Both the position numbers and the translations under genes were made by a program. Source: an uncultured Chloroflexia bacterium (GTDB lineage Bacteria; Chloroflexota; Limnocylindria; Limnocylindrales; CSP1-4). From it: 64,000 bases of DNA. How positions within the stretch are numbered: position 1 is the stretch's first letter; every line of letters begins with the position of its first letter. Of this stretch, positions 8,416 through 19,939 are shown one piece after another. The notes below the pieces were generated by a model. It made no database searches. It was given only the letters and a program-made list of their open reading frames with translations, and was not told where the DNA came from. The stretch lies in NCBI GenBank assembly GCA_963743795.1, contig CAVUQZ010000004.1:339686-403685 (forward strand), read 5' to 3'.

Positions 8416-10868
8416 TGACAGCCAGGGACGCCGCGCCGCTGGAGCCGCCTGCTGCCGCCCTCGCGGCGCCCGGAGCCGGCCTCGACCGTAGGTCGCTTTC
8501 GCTCCTGGAGTTCCCCCTCGTGCGCGCACGGCTGGCTGCGGCCGCGGGCTTTCCGCCCGGCCGTCGTCTGGCGGAGGCCCTGGAGCCATCCACCGACCCG
8601 GTGATCGTGGCCCGCGGGCTCGAGGAGACGTCGCAGACGCGATCCTTCGTGGCCGAACATCCGGGCGCCGGCATCGGCGGCAGCAAGGACATCGGGCCAT
8701 GGATCGAGCGCGCCGCCCGCGGCGGCCGCCTGGATCCGTCCCATTTCCTGGACATCATGGTCACGCTCGAGGCCGCGTCCCGCCTGGGCGAGGCGCTGAG
8801 TGGCGACCGGCGACCTCTGCTGCGCGACCTGACCCGGGAGGTCCACGCCCTGCCGAGCCTCCGCAACGTGCTGCAGCGAAGCTTCGATCCGGCCGGCGAG
8901 TTGCTCGATACCGCCTCGCCCAGGCTCGGCGGCCTGCGCAGGGCGGTAAGGGTGGCCTACGAACGCCTCCGCAGCCGCCTGGATCAGCTCGTCCACTCCA
9001 GTGAGCTGGCCACCTCACTTCAGGAGCCCATCGTCACCCTGCGCGGCGGCCGCTATGTGATTCCCGTTCGAGCCGAGGCGCGCGGCCGGGTCAAAGGGAT
9101 AGTCCACGACGCCTCGGGCAGCGGCCAGACACTGTTCGTGGAGCCAATCGTGGCGGTCGAGCTGGGCAACGCCTGGCGCGAGGCCCAGCTCGCCGAGGTG
9201 GCCGAGGTGGAGCGCATCCTGGACGAGCTCTCGTCCCTTGTGGCCGGCCAGGCCGGCCCCCTGCGCGAAACGCTCGCGGCCCTGGCCCGCTACGACTTCT
9301 GGTCGGCGAAGGCGCGCCTGGCTGAGGAGATGGACGCGGTCCCCGCGGAGATCGCGGATCGGCCCGAGATAGCGCTTCTGGGCGCTCGCCATCCCGGTCT
9401 CGGCGGCCGAGTCGTGCCGATAGACATCAAGCTCGGGGGAGAGTTCAGGGCGCTGCTCATAACCGGACCGAACACCGGCGGCAAGACGGTTGCCTTGCGG
9501 ACGCTCGGCCTGCTGAGCCTGATGCACCAATCGGGTCTGCACGTGCCGGCCGACGTCGGGACGCGATTGCCCGTCCTCGCGGACGTCTATGCCGACATCG
9601 GCGACGAGCAATCCGTGGCCCAGTCGCTCTCCACCTTCAGCGGCCACATGCGGGCCATCGTCCGCATCGTCGAGGCGGCCGGGCCGAACAGGCTGATTCT
9701 TCTCGACGAGCTCGGTGCCGGTACGGATCCCACGGAGGGCTCGGCGCTGGCGCAGGCTCTGCTCGATTTCTTCATCCGATCCGGCGCCCTGGTCGCGGCC
9801 ACGACACACTATGCCGAGCTCAAGTTGTACGCGCACACCACCCCGGCGGCTCGCAACGCTGCGGTGGAGTTCGACGTCGAGACGCTGCGGCCCACGTTCA
9901 AGCTCACGATCGGGCTGCCGGGCCGCAGCCAGGCGTTTGCGATCGCCGAGCGTCTCGGGCTGCCCGGCCCGATCGTGGCCGAAGCTCGCTCACGCCTGAC
10001 CGAGGAGCAGCAGGCATTCGAGGAGACTCTCGCCTCGATCAAGGCGACGGAGGCCGAGACGGCCGAGGCCCTGGCTCAGGCGCGCATCGCCGAGGAGCGC
10101 GCCAGGGCCGCTCAGGCCAGCGCGGAGGATGAGCGCCGCCGCGCCCGCCGCGAGCGCGACGAGGCCGTCAGCAAGGCCCGGGACGAGGCCGAGCGCCTCG
10201 TGGACGAGGTCAGAACCGAAGTCCGAGGGATCAGGCGCAAGCTCGAACGGGAGACGGTCACCCAGCGCAGTCTGGACGAAGATCTCGAGCGAGCCCGAGC
10301 TCAGCTGGACCGGCTGCCGGCCAACGAGCCGGAGCCGGCTCGCACGGGCCCGATCGCATTGGTCTCGTGGCGAATCGGGATGCGGGCTCGCAGCCACACC
10401 ACCGGCACGGAAGGCCGTATTGCGGCACTGGACAAGAGAGGCCGCCGGGCGACTCTGGAGGCCGGCGGAATGCGCCTCAGCCTGGCTGTGGAGGACCTCG
10501 AGCCGGCGTCCGACGGCGAGGGCGGCGCGGCCAGACCAGGCGTCAGCGCCGCCGGGTCGAAGTTGCGATCCGCGCCCCTGGACACCCCCAGCTCTGCCTC
10601 GCGGCTTCAGCTGGACCGGGCACGAACTGTGGCCTCGTCCTTGGACCTCCGCGGGGCCACGGTCCAGGAAGCGCTGGAGGTGCTGGACCGCTACCTCGAC
10701 GACGCCTCCCTCGCGGGCCTGGAGCAAGTGACGGTAATCCACGGAATGGGGACCGGTGCCCTCCGCGACTCGGTCCGCGAGCACTCCTCGGGGCATCCGC
10801 TGGTCAAATCGTGGCGACCCGGCGGTCGCGGGGAGGGCGGGGACGGCGCCACGATCGTCTTGCTCTGA
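8415..10868 (+). CDS. mutS2: Endonuclease MutS2
   Basis: ITGPNTGGKT, DIGDEQS, STFSGHM, DELGAGTDP and C-terminal Smr domain (LDLRG...IHGMGTGALR). Confidence 0.96.
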   Translation: MTARDAAPLEPPAAALAAPGAGLDRRSLSLLEFPLVRARLAAAAGFPPGRRLAEALEPSTDPVIVARGLEETSQTRSFVAEHPGAGIGGSKDIGPWIERAARGGRLDPSHFLDIMVTLEAASRLGEALSGDRRPLLRDLTREVHALPSLRNVLQRSFDPAGELLDTASPRLGGLRRAVRVAYERLRSRLDQLVHSSELATSLQEPIVTLRGGRYVIPVRAEARGRVKGIVHDASGSGQTLFVEPIVAVELGNAWREAQLAEVAEVERILDELSSLVAGQAGPLRETLAALARYDFWSAKARLAEEMDAVPAEIADRPEIALLGARHPGLGGRVVPIDIKLGGEFRALLITGPNTGGKTVALRTLGLLSLMHQSGLHVPADVGTRLPVLADVYADIGDEQSVAQSLSTFSGHMRAIVRIVEAAGPNRLILLDELGAGTDPTEGSALAQALLDFFIRSGALVAATTHYAELKLYAHTTPAARNAAVEFDVETLRPTFKLTIGLPGRSQAFAIAERLGLPGPIVAEARSRLTEEQQAFEETLASIKATEAETAEALAQARIAEERARAAQASAEDERRRARRERDEAVSKARDEAERLVDEVRTEVRGIRRKLERETVTQRSLDEDLERARAQLDRLPANEPEPARTGPIALVSWRIGMRARSHTTGTEGRIAALDKRGRRATLEAGGMRLSLAVEDLEPASDGEGGAARPGVSAAGSKLRSAPLDTPSSASRLQLDRARTVASSLDLRGATVQEALEVLDRYLDDASLAGLEQVTVIHGMGTGALRDSVREHSSGHPLVKSWRPGGRGEGGDGATIVLL

Positions 10869-10953
10869 GCGGACCGGACTAACCGCTTGCACTGGTGCGA
10901 CAATCGCGGGCGATGGCGACGCCAGAGACGGTCGTGGCCAGATGGAGGAGTGA

Positions 10954-12073
10954 TTGAGCTTGGCCACGAGCCGGACGGCGCGGGCTGATGTCGCGCGAGC
11001 AGTGAGGGTCGTCGACGCGACCGAGACTGCGCCGGCGGCGTGGGACCAGATGGCCGTGCGAAGCCCCATGGGTGAGGCGTTCCAATCCCACGCCTGGGGC
11101 GAGCTCAAGCGGGCACTCGGTTGGACTGCCCTTCGCTATGTGATCGAGCTGTCCGATCGGCCGGTTGCGGCCGTCTCCATCCAGGAGCGATCCGGTCTGG
11201 GACGGCCCGTTGGGCCGTTCGGCCGCTTGCGAGTCCAGTACGCGCCACGCGGGCCCGTGCTCCTCGAGACCGAACCGGCCGCCGCCATGGCCGCGCTCGA
11301 GGGCCTGCGGCTGATAGCCAAATCGCGCGGCGCCATGTCGCTGACGATCGACCCGGCGTGGGAGGAGGGGAGCGACCTCACTGGCGCTCTCCGCGGATCC
11401 GGTTTCCGCATGGCGGCACGGGAGATCCAGGTGTCGCGCACCGCCATGATCGTGCCTCTGGAGAAGTCCGAGGAGGCCCAGCGGAAGCTGCTCGGCCACA
11501 CCACTCAAGCCGACCTCAGCCGGGCCGTCCAGCTGGGTGTCACCACAGAGATGGCGGATCTGGCAGACCCGGCCGTGCGCGAGCCGGCGCTGGCCGAGTT
11601 CTTCGACATGCACGCCGCCACCGGCAAGCGCGAAGGATTCCTCGTCAGAGACCGCGACTACGAATTGAGGCAGTGGCGAGCCCTCGGCGAGTCCGGTGTC
11701 GCGAGCCTCTGGTTCGCGGGCTCTCGGTCGCCGCGACACGGGGGCGCTCCTGCTCCACTCAGGCAGGCTCCTGGTCTACTTCGCCGCGGGGTCCCGTGAC
11801 GATGCCGATCTGCGCCACACGCGAGCCAACCATCTCCTGCAGTGGCGAATCATCCGCTGGGCGGCCGAGTCCGGGTTCGGCGGCTACGACATGGGCGGCG
11901 TCGACACTCAGTCAGCTCCGGGGGTTCCTGCGGACGAAACCCACCCGCTCTGGAACCTGTACCTGTTCAAGCGCCGTTTCGGTGGAAGACCGGTGGTCCG
12001 GGTGCGCGCTCACGAGTACGCTCCCCATGCGCTTCTGGGAACGGCCTGGCGGCTTGGCAGGCGGTTCCGTTGA
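10954..12073 (+). CDS. FemAB/FemX-family peptidoglycan bridge aminoacyltransferase (one frameshift near 11730)
   Basis: FQSHAWGELK and YAPRGP in ORF 10954; ANHLLQWRIIRWA, YDMGG and LYLFKRRFGG in ORF 11696. The two halves are joined by an indel. Confidence 0.85.
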
Positions 12074-14034
12074 GCGACGACAAGCCTGTCGCCGAAGAAT
12101 CGCCTCGGCACCGGGGCTGGCGACCGCGCGACTGGATGTCGTCCCGACTTCACAGGGAAGACGCAGCAACGGAACCCGGCGTCACCGCGCAAGAGCCCGC
12201 GTCGCCGTCCGAGCCGGTCACGGCTGGCCCGGACCCGGCCGTCGCCCGGTCAGCGCCGCCCGCCGGCGCGCCCGATGCGCCGGATCAGCGCCGGCGCCAC
12301 TCCGCCCGGCCCGCCGACGAGGAGTACGTACCGTTCGTCCCGCGGGGCCGGCGCGAGATCTCGGCCATGGTGGGCTCGGACGTCACCGGCGACGTGGTCC
12401 TCGCCACGGACCAATCGGCCACGGACCTGGCCGCGATATCGGCGGCGCGGCTTGGCGGCCGGGCGATCGCCCTGGCCGGCGTGGTCGTGGTCGCTGGGGT
12501 AGTCCTGTCGCGACTGCTGGGTGAGGTTCGTCTGGCGGTCCTCGGCGCCGAGTTCGGCGCCGGCGCCAACCTCGATGCCTTTACTGCCGCCTTCCGTATC
12601 CCGGACACGCTCTTCCAGCTCGTGGCCGCCGGCGCCATCGGCTCAGCCGTGGTGCCCGTGGCCTCGGAGCTTATGGCCCGCGGCGACACCGAAGGCGCCC
12701 GCAAGCTCATTTCCACGATCACCAACCTGATGGTTCTGGTCCTCGCGCCGCTGGCCGCGATCGCCTGGCTGTTCGCCCCGGTGCTCGTGCCACTCATCGC
12801 GCCCGGCTTCGAGCCGGACAGGCTCAACACCACCATCGACCTCACCAGGCTGATGCTGTTGTCGCCGATCCTGCTGGCTGTGGGCGCGGTGATGGCGGCC
12901 GGCCTGAACTCGCTCGGTATCTTCGGCCCGCCGGCCATGGCTCCGAACGTCTACAACCTGGTCATCATCGCGGCGGCAATCGTGCTCACGCCCTTCTTTG
13001 GCATCCAGTCACTCGCCATCGGAGTGGTCCTGGGTGCGCTGGGTCATGTCCTGATTCAGGCTCGGCCGTTCGTGGGCCATCGGCTCTATCGGCCCGCCAT
13101 GGACCTGAGCGACCCGGCAGTTCGACAGACCCTCCTCCTGATGGGCCCGCGGGCCCTGGGTCTGGGAGCCACGCAACTGGTGTTCCTGGTCTATACGGTC
13201 TTCCAGTCGACCCTGCCTCGGGGCGAGGTGACTATCTTCAACTACTCGTTCATGGCTCTGCAGATCCCCGTCGGCTTGCTCGGCGTGCCTCTGGGAATCG
13301 TGCTGCTGCCGCCGCTGTCGCGGGCGTTTGCCCTCGGCCAGCACGATCAATTCCGAGCCCTCGCCGACCAATCGCTCCGGCTTCTCCTCTTCGTCACGAT
13401 CCTGCTGACAGGTCTCATGCTCGCCCTGGCCACCCCGACGATCGCCCTGCTGTACGGATACGGGAGGCTCACTCCCTCAGACCAGGCGGCCATGGTTCCG
13501 GTCTTCATCGTCTTCCTGGCCGGACTCGTCGCCCACGTGATGATCGCCCTGCTGGCCCCTATCTTCTACGCCGGCAAGGACACCCGAACGCCGGTGACGG
13601 CCGCTCTCCTGGCGGTCGCGATCGACATCGGCGGGGCCATCATCCTGTTCCCGTTCTTCCACCTCGAAGGACTGGCTCTTGCGATAGGCCTCGGGGCATG
13701 GGCGGAGGTCGTCATTCTGGTGACGCTCATGGAGAAACGCATCGGCTTCGATCTGCGGCCGATGGTGCGCCACTCGATCAGCTTCGTCGGCGGCGCGTGC
13801 GTCGCCTCGGCAGCCGCATATCTGGCAGCCCGGTTCGTGGAGAACTACACCGGCGGGCCCGTATCATTCGTGGCTCGAGTCGCTGAGCTGGCCCCGGCAG
13901 GGCTCGTCGGCCTGGCGGTCTATGTAGCCTGGGCACGCGCCTTCAGGCTGCCGGAGCTCGGCGGAGCACTGCAGCTGGCCCGCACTCTGCTCGGCCGCGG
14001 CGAGAGTTCCGGCCACAAGGCCGCCGGGCGCTGA
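12070..14034 (+). CDS. murJ: Lipid II flippase MurJ (MviN) with long disordered N-terminal extension
   Basis: SRLLG, DAFTAAFRIPD, P-G-G (QIPVGLLG) and FYAGKDTRTP motifs, many TMs. Probable TTG start overlaps the fem stop. Confidence 0.93.
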   Translation: MSDDKPVAEESPRHRGWRPRDWMSSRLHREDAATEPGVTAQEPASPSEPVTAGPDPAVARSAPPAGAPDAPDQRRRHSARPADEEYVPFVPRGRREISAMVGSDVTGDVVLATDQSATDLAAISAARLGGRAIALAGVVVVAGVVLSRLLGEVRLAVLGAEFGAGANLDAFTAAFRIPDTLFQLVAAGAIGSAVVPVASELMARGDTEGARKLISTITNLMVLVLAPLAAIAWLFAPVLVPLIAPGFEPDRLNTTIDLTRLMLLSPILLAVGAVMAAGLNSLGIFGPPAMAPNVYNLVIIAAAIVLTPFFGIQSLAIGVVLGALGHVLIQARPFVGHRLYRPAMDLSDPAVRQTLLLMGPRALGLGATQLVFLVYTVFQSTLPRGEVTIFNYSFMALQIPVGLLGVPLGIVLLPPLSRAFALGQHDQFRALADQSLRLLLFVTILLTGLMLALATPTIALLYGYGRLTPSDQAAMVPVFIVFLAGLVAHVMIALLAPIFYAGKDTRTPVTAALLAVAIDIGGAIILFPFFHLEGLALAIGLGAWAEVVILVTLMEKRIGFDLRPMVRHSISFVGGACVASAAAYLAARFVENYTGGPVSFVARVAELAPAGLVGLAVYVAWARAFRLPELGGALQLARTLLGRGESSGHKAAGR

Positions 14035-14077
14035 CCGCCTCTCGGGAAGGCACCGCGACCCTGGGCGGCACGCGCTC

Positions 14078-16989
14078 CTATGCGCGCCGGGACCCTCTTG
14101 GGTCCCAGTGTCCACCGCGCAGCCGGCTCGCCAGAGAGCCGGGCAGCGTTAGGAGCGGAACGAACACGACCGGAGAAGGAGAAGGGCTCGGCGTGGGAGT
14201 GGGTGTGGGCGTCGGTGTCGGCGTGGGTGTGGGCGTGTGCGTGGGCTTTGGCGTCGGGGTCGGCGTCGGTGTGGGCGTGGGGGTCGGCGTGGGTGTGGGC
14301 GTGGGGGTCGGCGTTGGCGACGGGCTGGCCGACGGAGGAGGCGTTCCCGTGTTGGAGGTGCACGTCGTCGTCGGCGCGAAGGGCGCGCCCCATGTCTGGC
14401 CGAACGGCGTCCAGAATCCGGTCTGATAGAAGTACATGGTGGCCCCGTTGTTGGGGCCCCCTCGTTTGCCGACGCCCTGCTGCGCTCTGGCGATCCAGAT
14501 CTGATCGTACTTTTGCCAGTTCTGCCCGGCCGGCGGGTTGGCCTCTACCTGGCTGAGATCGAGCAGCCCCTTCGTTTCCTTGACCCCGGGGCAATCCCAC
14601 GTCCAGACCGTGTTGGTGACCGTGTCCACGTCGACCGGCACCTTGGTGTTGTCTACCTGCTGTGGGACCGTCCCGTCGATGAAGACTTCTCGGACCGTCT
14701 GAGTCGTGTACGCGCCAGGCAGCATCCCGCTGTTGGCGTCCACCGTGGCCCACGAGACTCCACCCGGCTGCTGGAAATCGACCACTGGCGTGCCGGCGGT
14801 CGCATCCTGCATGAAGGCGTGCCAGATCGGGGCTGCCAGCTCGAGGGACATCACGCTGTGCCCCGGGGCGCGGTCGCTGTTGCCGGCCCAGACTCCAGCC
14901 ACGATGGCCGGTGCACCCGGACTCGCGGGCGGCGCCACGTACCCAACCGCGAAGAGATCTTCCGTCTGGTCGCTGGTGCCGGTCTTGAGCGCGGCGGGCC
15001 GGCGAACCTTGCCCTCCATCAGCTTGTACTGGCTCCACCAGTTGTTCTGGGACGGATCAGTGTTGCCGGCCAGGATGTTCGTCATCACGTACGACGCCTG
15101 AGCCGTCGACGGGTGCGTCGTCTTGGGGGTCAGGGAAGATGCCGGCAGAATCTCGGCGCCCTTCGCGTCCGTGACCGAGAGGATCAGGTTCCTCTGAACC
15201 AGAGATCCCGAGTCCGCGATCGCGCCATAGGCGGATACGAGGTCCGCCGGGTGGACCTCAACGGTGCCGATGCCGACCGAAACGCCCGGGTTCGAGTTGG
15301 CCGGGAAGGTGAGCCCAAACTGCGTTGCGCGCTGCATTACATGCGCCACGCCGTTGATGGCGGCGGTCTTGACCGCAGGGATGTTGAGCGAGTACTGGAG
15401 GGCCTCGCGCAGTCGCACCGGGCCGCGCTCGAAGCCGTCCGCGTCGTGGGGTATGTAGCCCCCGCCGAAGTCGGTGGCCACGTCCATGTAGAGCGAGGCC
15501 GCCGTGATGCTCTTGTCCTGGATGCCGATCAAGTAGTTGATCGGCTTGAACGATGAGCCGGGCTGGCGGCCGATTCCGGACGACAGCACGTCGTACTCGG
15601 GGTCGAAGTAGTTCTGGCCGGCTTTGGCGGGGTCCTTGACGGGCTTCTCGTAGAAGCCGGCACTGCCCGCGTAGGCGAGAACCTGCCCGGTTCGATAGTC
15701 GACGGCGATGAGGGCCCCGTTGTGGATGTTGCCGTTGCGCAGGCCAGTCGTGCTGGTGGAGCTTGGGCCGATGATCCGGGTGTAGTTGTACGGGTCGCTC
15801 TTGGCGGTGATGCCGATACCAGGACTAGCGAGGTAGGCGATGTCGTCCGCCAGCGTCGCCTGGTTCGGCCCGAAGATGTAGGCCTTCAACCACTTCTCGG
15901 CGGACGCCTGCATCTTGGCATCCAGCGTCGTGATGACCCTGTAGCCGCCGGTGTCGACAGCCTCACAGTCGGCGGGGTCCGTGTCCGGTGGGCAAAGCAG
16001 GCTCGCCAGCTGCTGGCGAACCAGAAGGTCGAACTGAGGCGCGATGTTCGGGGAGCGAACCGCAGGGTGGAGGACCACCGGCTCGGACTCGGCGGCCAGG
16101 AGGGCGGAATCGGCGTACTTGCCCTTCAGCAGGCCGTCGCGGTTGTTGCGGCGCATGTCCTCCAGGATCGCATTGCGACGGATCACGATCGGCTTCGCGT
16201 CGGGAACGACCAGTGTCCCGTCTTCCATTTCCTCGGCGTTCGCCACGAGGTCGTACGCAGAGGGCGCTTGCAGCAGGGCGGCCAGGATCACCGACTGGGC
16301 GATGGTCAGCTTGCTGAGGTCCGTTATCCCGAAGTAGCCCTGCGCGGCCGCCGCGATGCCGTAGCTCTGGTTGCCGTAGAAGTTGAGGTTCAGGTAGGCG
16401 GTGATGATCGCCTGCTTGCCCTGCTCGCCAGGGAACTCATTCGTGAGCCGGATCGACTGGATGATCTCCTTGATCTTCCGATCGACGGTGCTGGTCGTGG
16501 GCGGCAGCAAGCGCTGCCTGACGAGTTGCTGAGTGATCGTCGACGCGCCTCGAGCATGGCCCGAGAGCGCGTCGCGGAGTGCGGACAGGACGGCGGCCGG
16601 GTCGAACCCCGTGTTCGACCAGAAGGTCTTGTCTTCGGCGCTGGTGGTTGCAGTCGAGGACGACGTTCGGGATCTCGGCGAACTTGAGTACGCGACGGTT
16701 CTCCGAACCGAAGGCCGCAAGCTGGATCGTGCCGGTGCGGTCGTAGCAGGACGGTCTGCTGGTTGTAGTTGATGCTCTCCAGCAGGTCTTCGGGATCCTG
16801 GAGATCGCTGCTGTAGGACCTGTAGATGTCGACAGCGCTCACGAAGGTAACCATGCTGAGAACGAAGAACGTTCCCAGCAGGAAGAGCGGCAGGATCACC
16901 GCGACACGGCCGCCGGCGCCACCGCGCGCTCGGCGGCTGCCGTGGCCATTGCGCCTGCGGCGTTCACGTCGGGCGAGACTGGTCTGCAT
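14078..16989 (-). CDS. Class A penicillin-binding protein (transglycosylase/transpeptidase); frameshifts near 16655-16745
   Basis: [41 protein letters not shown] and KTGT motifs. The N-terminal TM anchor [13 protein letters not shown]... is in a shifted frame. Confidence 0.92.
14190..14322 (-). repeat. (Pro-Thr)n coding low-complexity repeat in the PBP C-terminus
   Basis: Degenerate 6-bp units (ggcgtg/ggtgtg/ggcgtc) encoding PTPTPT. Confidence 0.85.
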
Positions 16990-17099
16990 GGCGGCTCGCA
17001 AGATAGCATAGGTAGACAGGCGGCCAACCCACCCCTCACCGCCGGGCTCTCGGACGAGTACGTCCGTCGCGACGTGACGAAAAGGAGCGGAATCGGGCC

Positions 17100-18426
17100 A
17101 TGACGCTGCCTGGAGAGACCGAAGGAACGAACCCCGCAACGATCCCCGGCGGATTGCCCGGGCTCCTCGACGAGCTGCGCTGGCGGGGCATGCTCCACCA
17201 GTTCAGCAGCGGCCTCGCCGAGCGTCTGGCGACCGGCAAGCCCATCAAGGGCTACAACGGGTTCGACCCAACGGGCCCTTCGCTGCACATCGGGCACCTC
17301 GTGCCGATCTTCGGCTTGATCCACCTCCAGCGGGCCGGTGGCACGCCCGTGGTCGTCATTGGAGGCGGAACCGCGATGATCGGCGATCCGTCCGGACGGT
17401 CGGCGGAGCGACTCCTGCTAAGCCGGGCCATGGTCGAGGAGAACGTCGTGGGTATGCAGGCCCAGCTGACGCGCTTCCTCGACTTCGACGGCCCCAACGG
17501 CGCCGAAGTCGTCGACAACTACGAGTGGCTGAGCTCGTACTCGCTGCTGCGCTTCCTGCGCGACATCGGCAAGCACCTGACCGTGCCGTACATGCTCGCC
17601 AAGGACTCGGTCCAGGTACGGCTCGACGCCGGGCTGAGCTTCACGGAGTTCAGCTACATGCTCCTCCAGGCCGCCGATTTCCTGCACCTCTATCGAGTCG
17701 GCGGCGTCGAGCTGCAGATGGGTGGCGCCGACCAGTGGGGCAACATCACCGCCGGCCTGGAGGTGATCCGCAAGGAGTTCGGGGCCGGCGAGGGCCAGGA
17801 CCTCGCGTATGCGGTGAGCTACCCACTGCTCACGAACGCGAGCGGCGCCAAGTTCGGCAAGACGGCCGCCGGCACCAGCGTCTGGCTCGACCCCAACAGG
17901 ACGAGCCCGTTCCAGTTCTACCAGTACTGGCTCGACGCCGACGACCGCGACGTTGGCAAGTACCTGCGGACCTTCACCCTCTTCGACCAGGCTCGAGTTC
18001 GAGGACCTGGAGGCGCAGCAGGCCGCTCATCCGGAGACACGGGTGGCGCAACGGGCCATGGCGTACGACATCACCGCGCGGGTCCACGGCGAGGACGAGG
18101 CGAAGAAGGCGGTTCAGATCAGCGAGGCCGCGTTCTCCAAGGATCCGATCCGCGACCCCGAAGTCCTCGAAGCGCTGTTTGCGGCCGTCGAGCACTTCGA
18201 GTTCACCGCCGAGGACCTGGCCGGCGGAGCGCTGCGTATCGCGGTCGTGAGCGGCCAGTACGCCTCGAACGGCGAGGCCCGGCGGGCCATCACGCAGGGC
18301 GGCCTCACGATCAACGACGAGCGGATCAAGGCGCCCGAGGACGCCGTCCCGGCCCCGATCGGCGGCCGCTACCTGGTCCTTCGCGCCGGCAAGAGAGGCG
18401 TTCGGATCGGCCGGCTCAAGAGCTAG
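17100..18426 (+). CDS. tyrS: Tyrosine--tRNA ligase (frameshift near 17995)
   Basis: GFDPTGPSLHIGH, QMGGADQWGNI, KFGKT and TSPFQFYQYW; the C-terminal S4 domain (SNGEARRAITQGG) is in the next frame. Confidence 0.96.
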
Positions 18427-18468
18427 AGGCGACCCGGGTGGCGGCCTGCGGCGGCGCGGCCTGCGCGG

Positions 18469-19149
18469 CTACGCCCTGTGGCGCTCTCGCAAGCGAGCGA
18501 TCACCTCCGACGGCGGCAGATCGCGCTCGCGCAGGACGACCAGCGTGTGGTAGAGCAGGTCGGCCACCTCGCCGGTCAGGGCGTCCCGTGTGGCCGGCCG
18601 GCGTTCGGCTGAGGCGACCGCGTCGTCCTTGGCGGCCATCAGCACTTCGGTCGCCTCCTCGGCCACCTTGCGGCCGGCGCCGTCGACCCCCGCGGCAAGA
18701 AGGCGAGCTGTGTACGACGTGGCGGGATCCGCTCCGGCACGCTGATCGATCGTCGCCCAGAGCGTCTCGAGCCACTCGAAACCCTGGGAGCGGGTGGGCG
18801 GAGTGGCGAGCCGCGGCTCGGCGCCCTCGGCGTCGAAGCAGCTGCGCGTGTTGCGGTGGCACGTCGGGCCGGCCGGATCAACCTGCATGAGCAGCGCGTC
18901 GCCGTCGCAGTCGACCGCGATGTCCACCAGGCGCAGCACGTTGCCGCTCGTCTCGCCCTTGCGCCACAGGCGATCGCGCGAGCGGGAGTGGAAGTGGACC
19001 TCGCCGGTGGCCAGGGTCGCCGCGAGCGCCTCGGCGTCCATGTAGGCCACCATGAGGACCCGGCCGTCGGCCGCATCCTGGACGACGGCCGGGACGAGGC
19101 CGGCCGGACCCCAGGCGACGTCCGCAACCGGCGGCTTCCGGTCGGTCAT
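18469..19149 (-). CDS. hisIE: Bifunctional phosphoribosyl-AMP cyclohydrolase / phosphoribosyl-ATP pyrophosphatase
   Basis: [44 protein letters not shown] and EVADLLYH. Confidence 0.95.
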   Translation of the reverse strand: MTDRKPPVADVAWGPAGLVPAVVQDAADGRVLMVAYMDAEALAATLATGEVHFHSRSRDRLWRKGETSGNVLRLVDIAVDCDGDALLMQVDPAGPTCHRNTRSCFDAEGAEPRLATPPTRSQGFEWLETLWATIDQRAGADPATSYTARLLAAGVDGAGRKVAEEATEVLMAAKDDAVASAERRPATRDALTGEVADLLYHTLVVLRERDLPPSEVIARLRERHRA

Positions 19150-19939
19150 GCGACTGCCTCCCCGACGGGTCGCACCGGCAGGCCGGCCGCGGCCATCGCC
19201 GCCTTGACCGAGGCGATCGAGTGCATCCGGCGGTGGAAGATCGAGGCCGCGAGAACCGCGTCCGCCTTGCCGTCGCGCACCGCCGCGACGAAGTCTGCCG
19301 GGCCCGGCGGCGCCGCCCGAGGCGATGACCGGCACGCGGACCCGCGTGGCGATGGCCGCCAGCAGCTCGGTGTCGAAGCCGCTCCGCGTTCCGTCGCGGT
19401 CCATCGACGTGACCAGCAGCTCGCCCGCGCCCAGCTCCACGACCCGCAGCGCCCACGCGACCGCGTCGAGGTCCGTGGCGCGACGACCGCCGTGCGTGAC
19501 GACCTCCCAGGTCCGGGCGGCTGCCATCGGCCTGTGGCAGCCGTCGCGCGTCGATGGCGCACACAACCGCCTGGCTGCCGAACCGCTCGGCGCAGGCCGT
19601 CAGGAGCTCGGGCGTGGCCACGGCCGCGGTGTTGAACGAGACCTTGTCCGCGCCGGCTCGCAGCACGTCGCGCATCTCGTCGACGCTGCGCACGCCGCCG
19701 CCGACGGTGAGTGGCACGAACGCCCGGCTGGCGGTCCGGCGCACGACTTCGAGCATCGTCCCGCGCCGCTCGTGGGCGGCGGTGATGTCGAGGAAGACGA
19801 TCTCGTCGGCGCCCTCGCGGGCGTAGCGCTCGGCCAGCTCGGCCGGGTCGCCTTCGTCGGTGAGGTTCACGAACTTCGTCCCCTTGACGACGCGGCCCTT
19901 GTCCACGTCGAGGCACGGGATCACCCGACGGGCCAGCAT
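19146..19939 (-). CDS. hisF: Imidazole glycerol phosphate synthase cyclase subunit (frameshifted)
   Basis: [48 protein letters not shown] and [11 protein letters not shown] across three frames. Confidence 0.93.

Noticed and set aside
14190-14322. CRISPR array or non-coding VNTR
   Set aside because: Degenerate 6-bp units encode in-frame Pro-Thr linkers (also at 1680-1800 and 49850-50020). No repeat-spacer structure or cas genes in the window.
17985-18005. Programmed ribosomal frameshift in tyrS (and in recA, fem and his genes)
   Set aside because: No slippery heptamers or consistent signals, and indels are scattered across many unrelated genes, which fits sequencing error.
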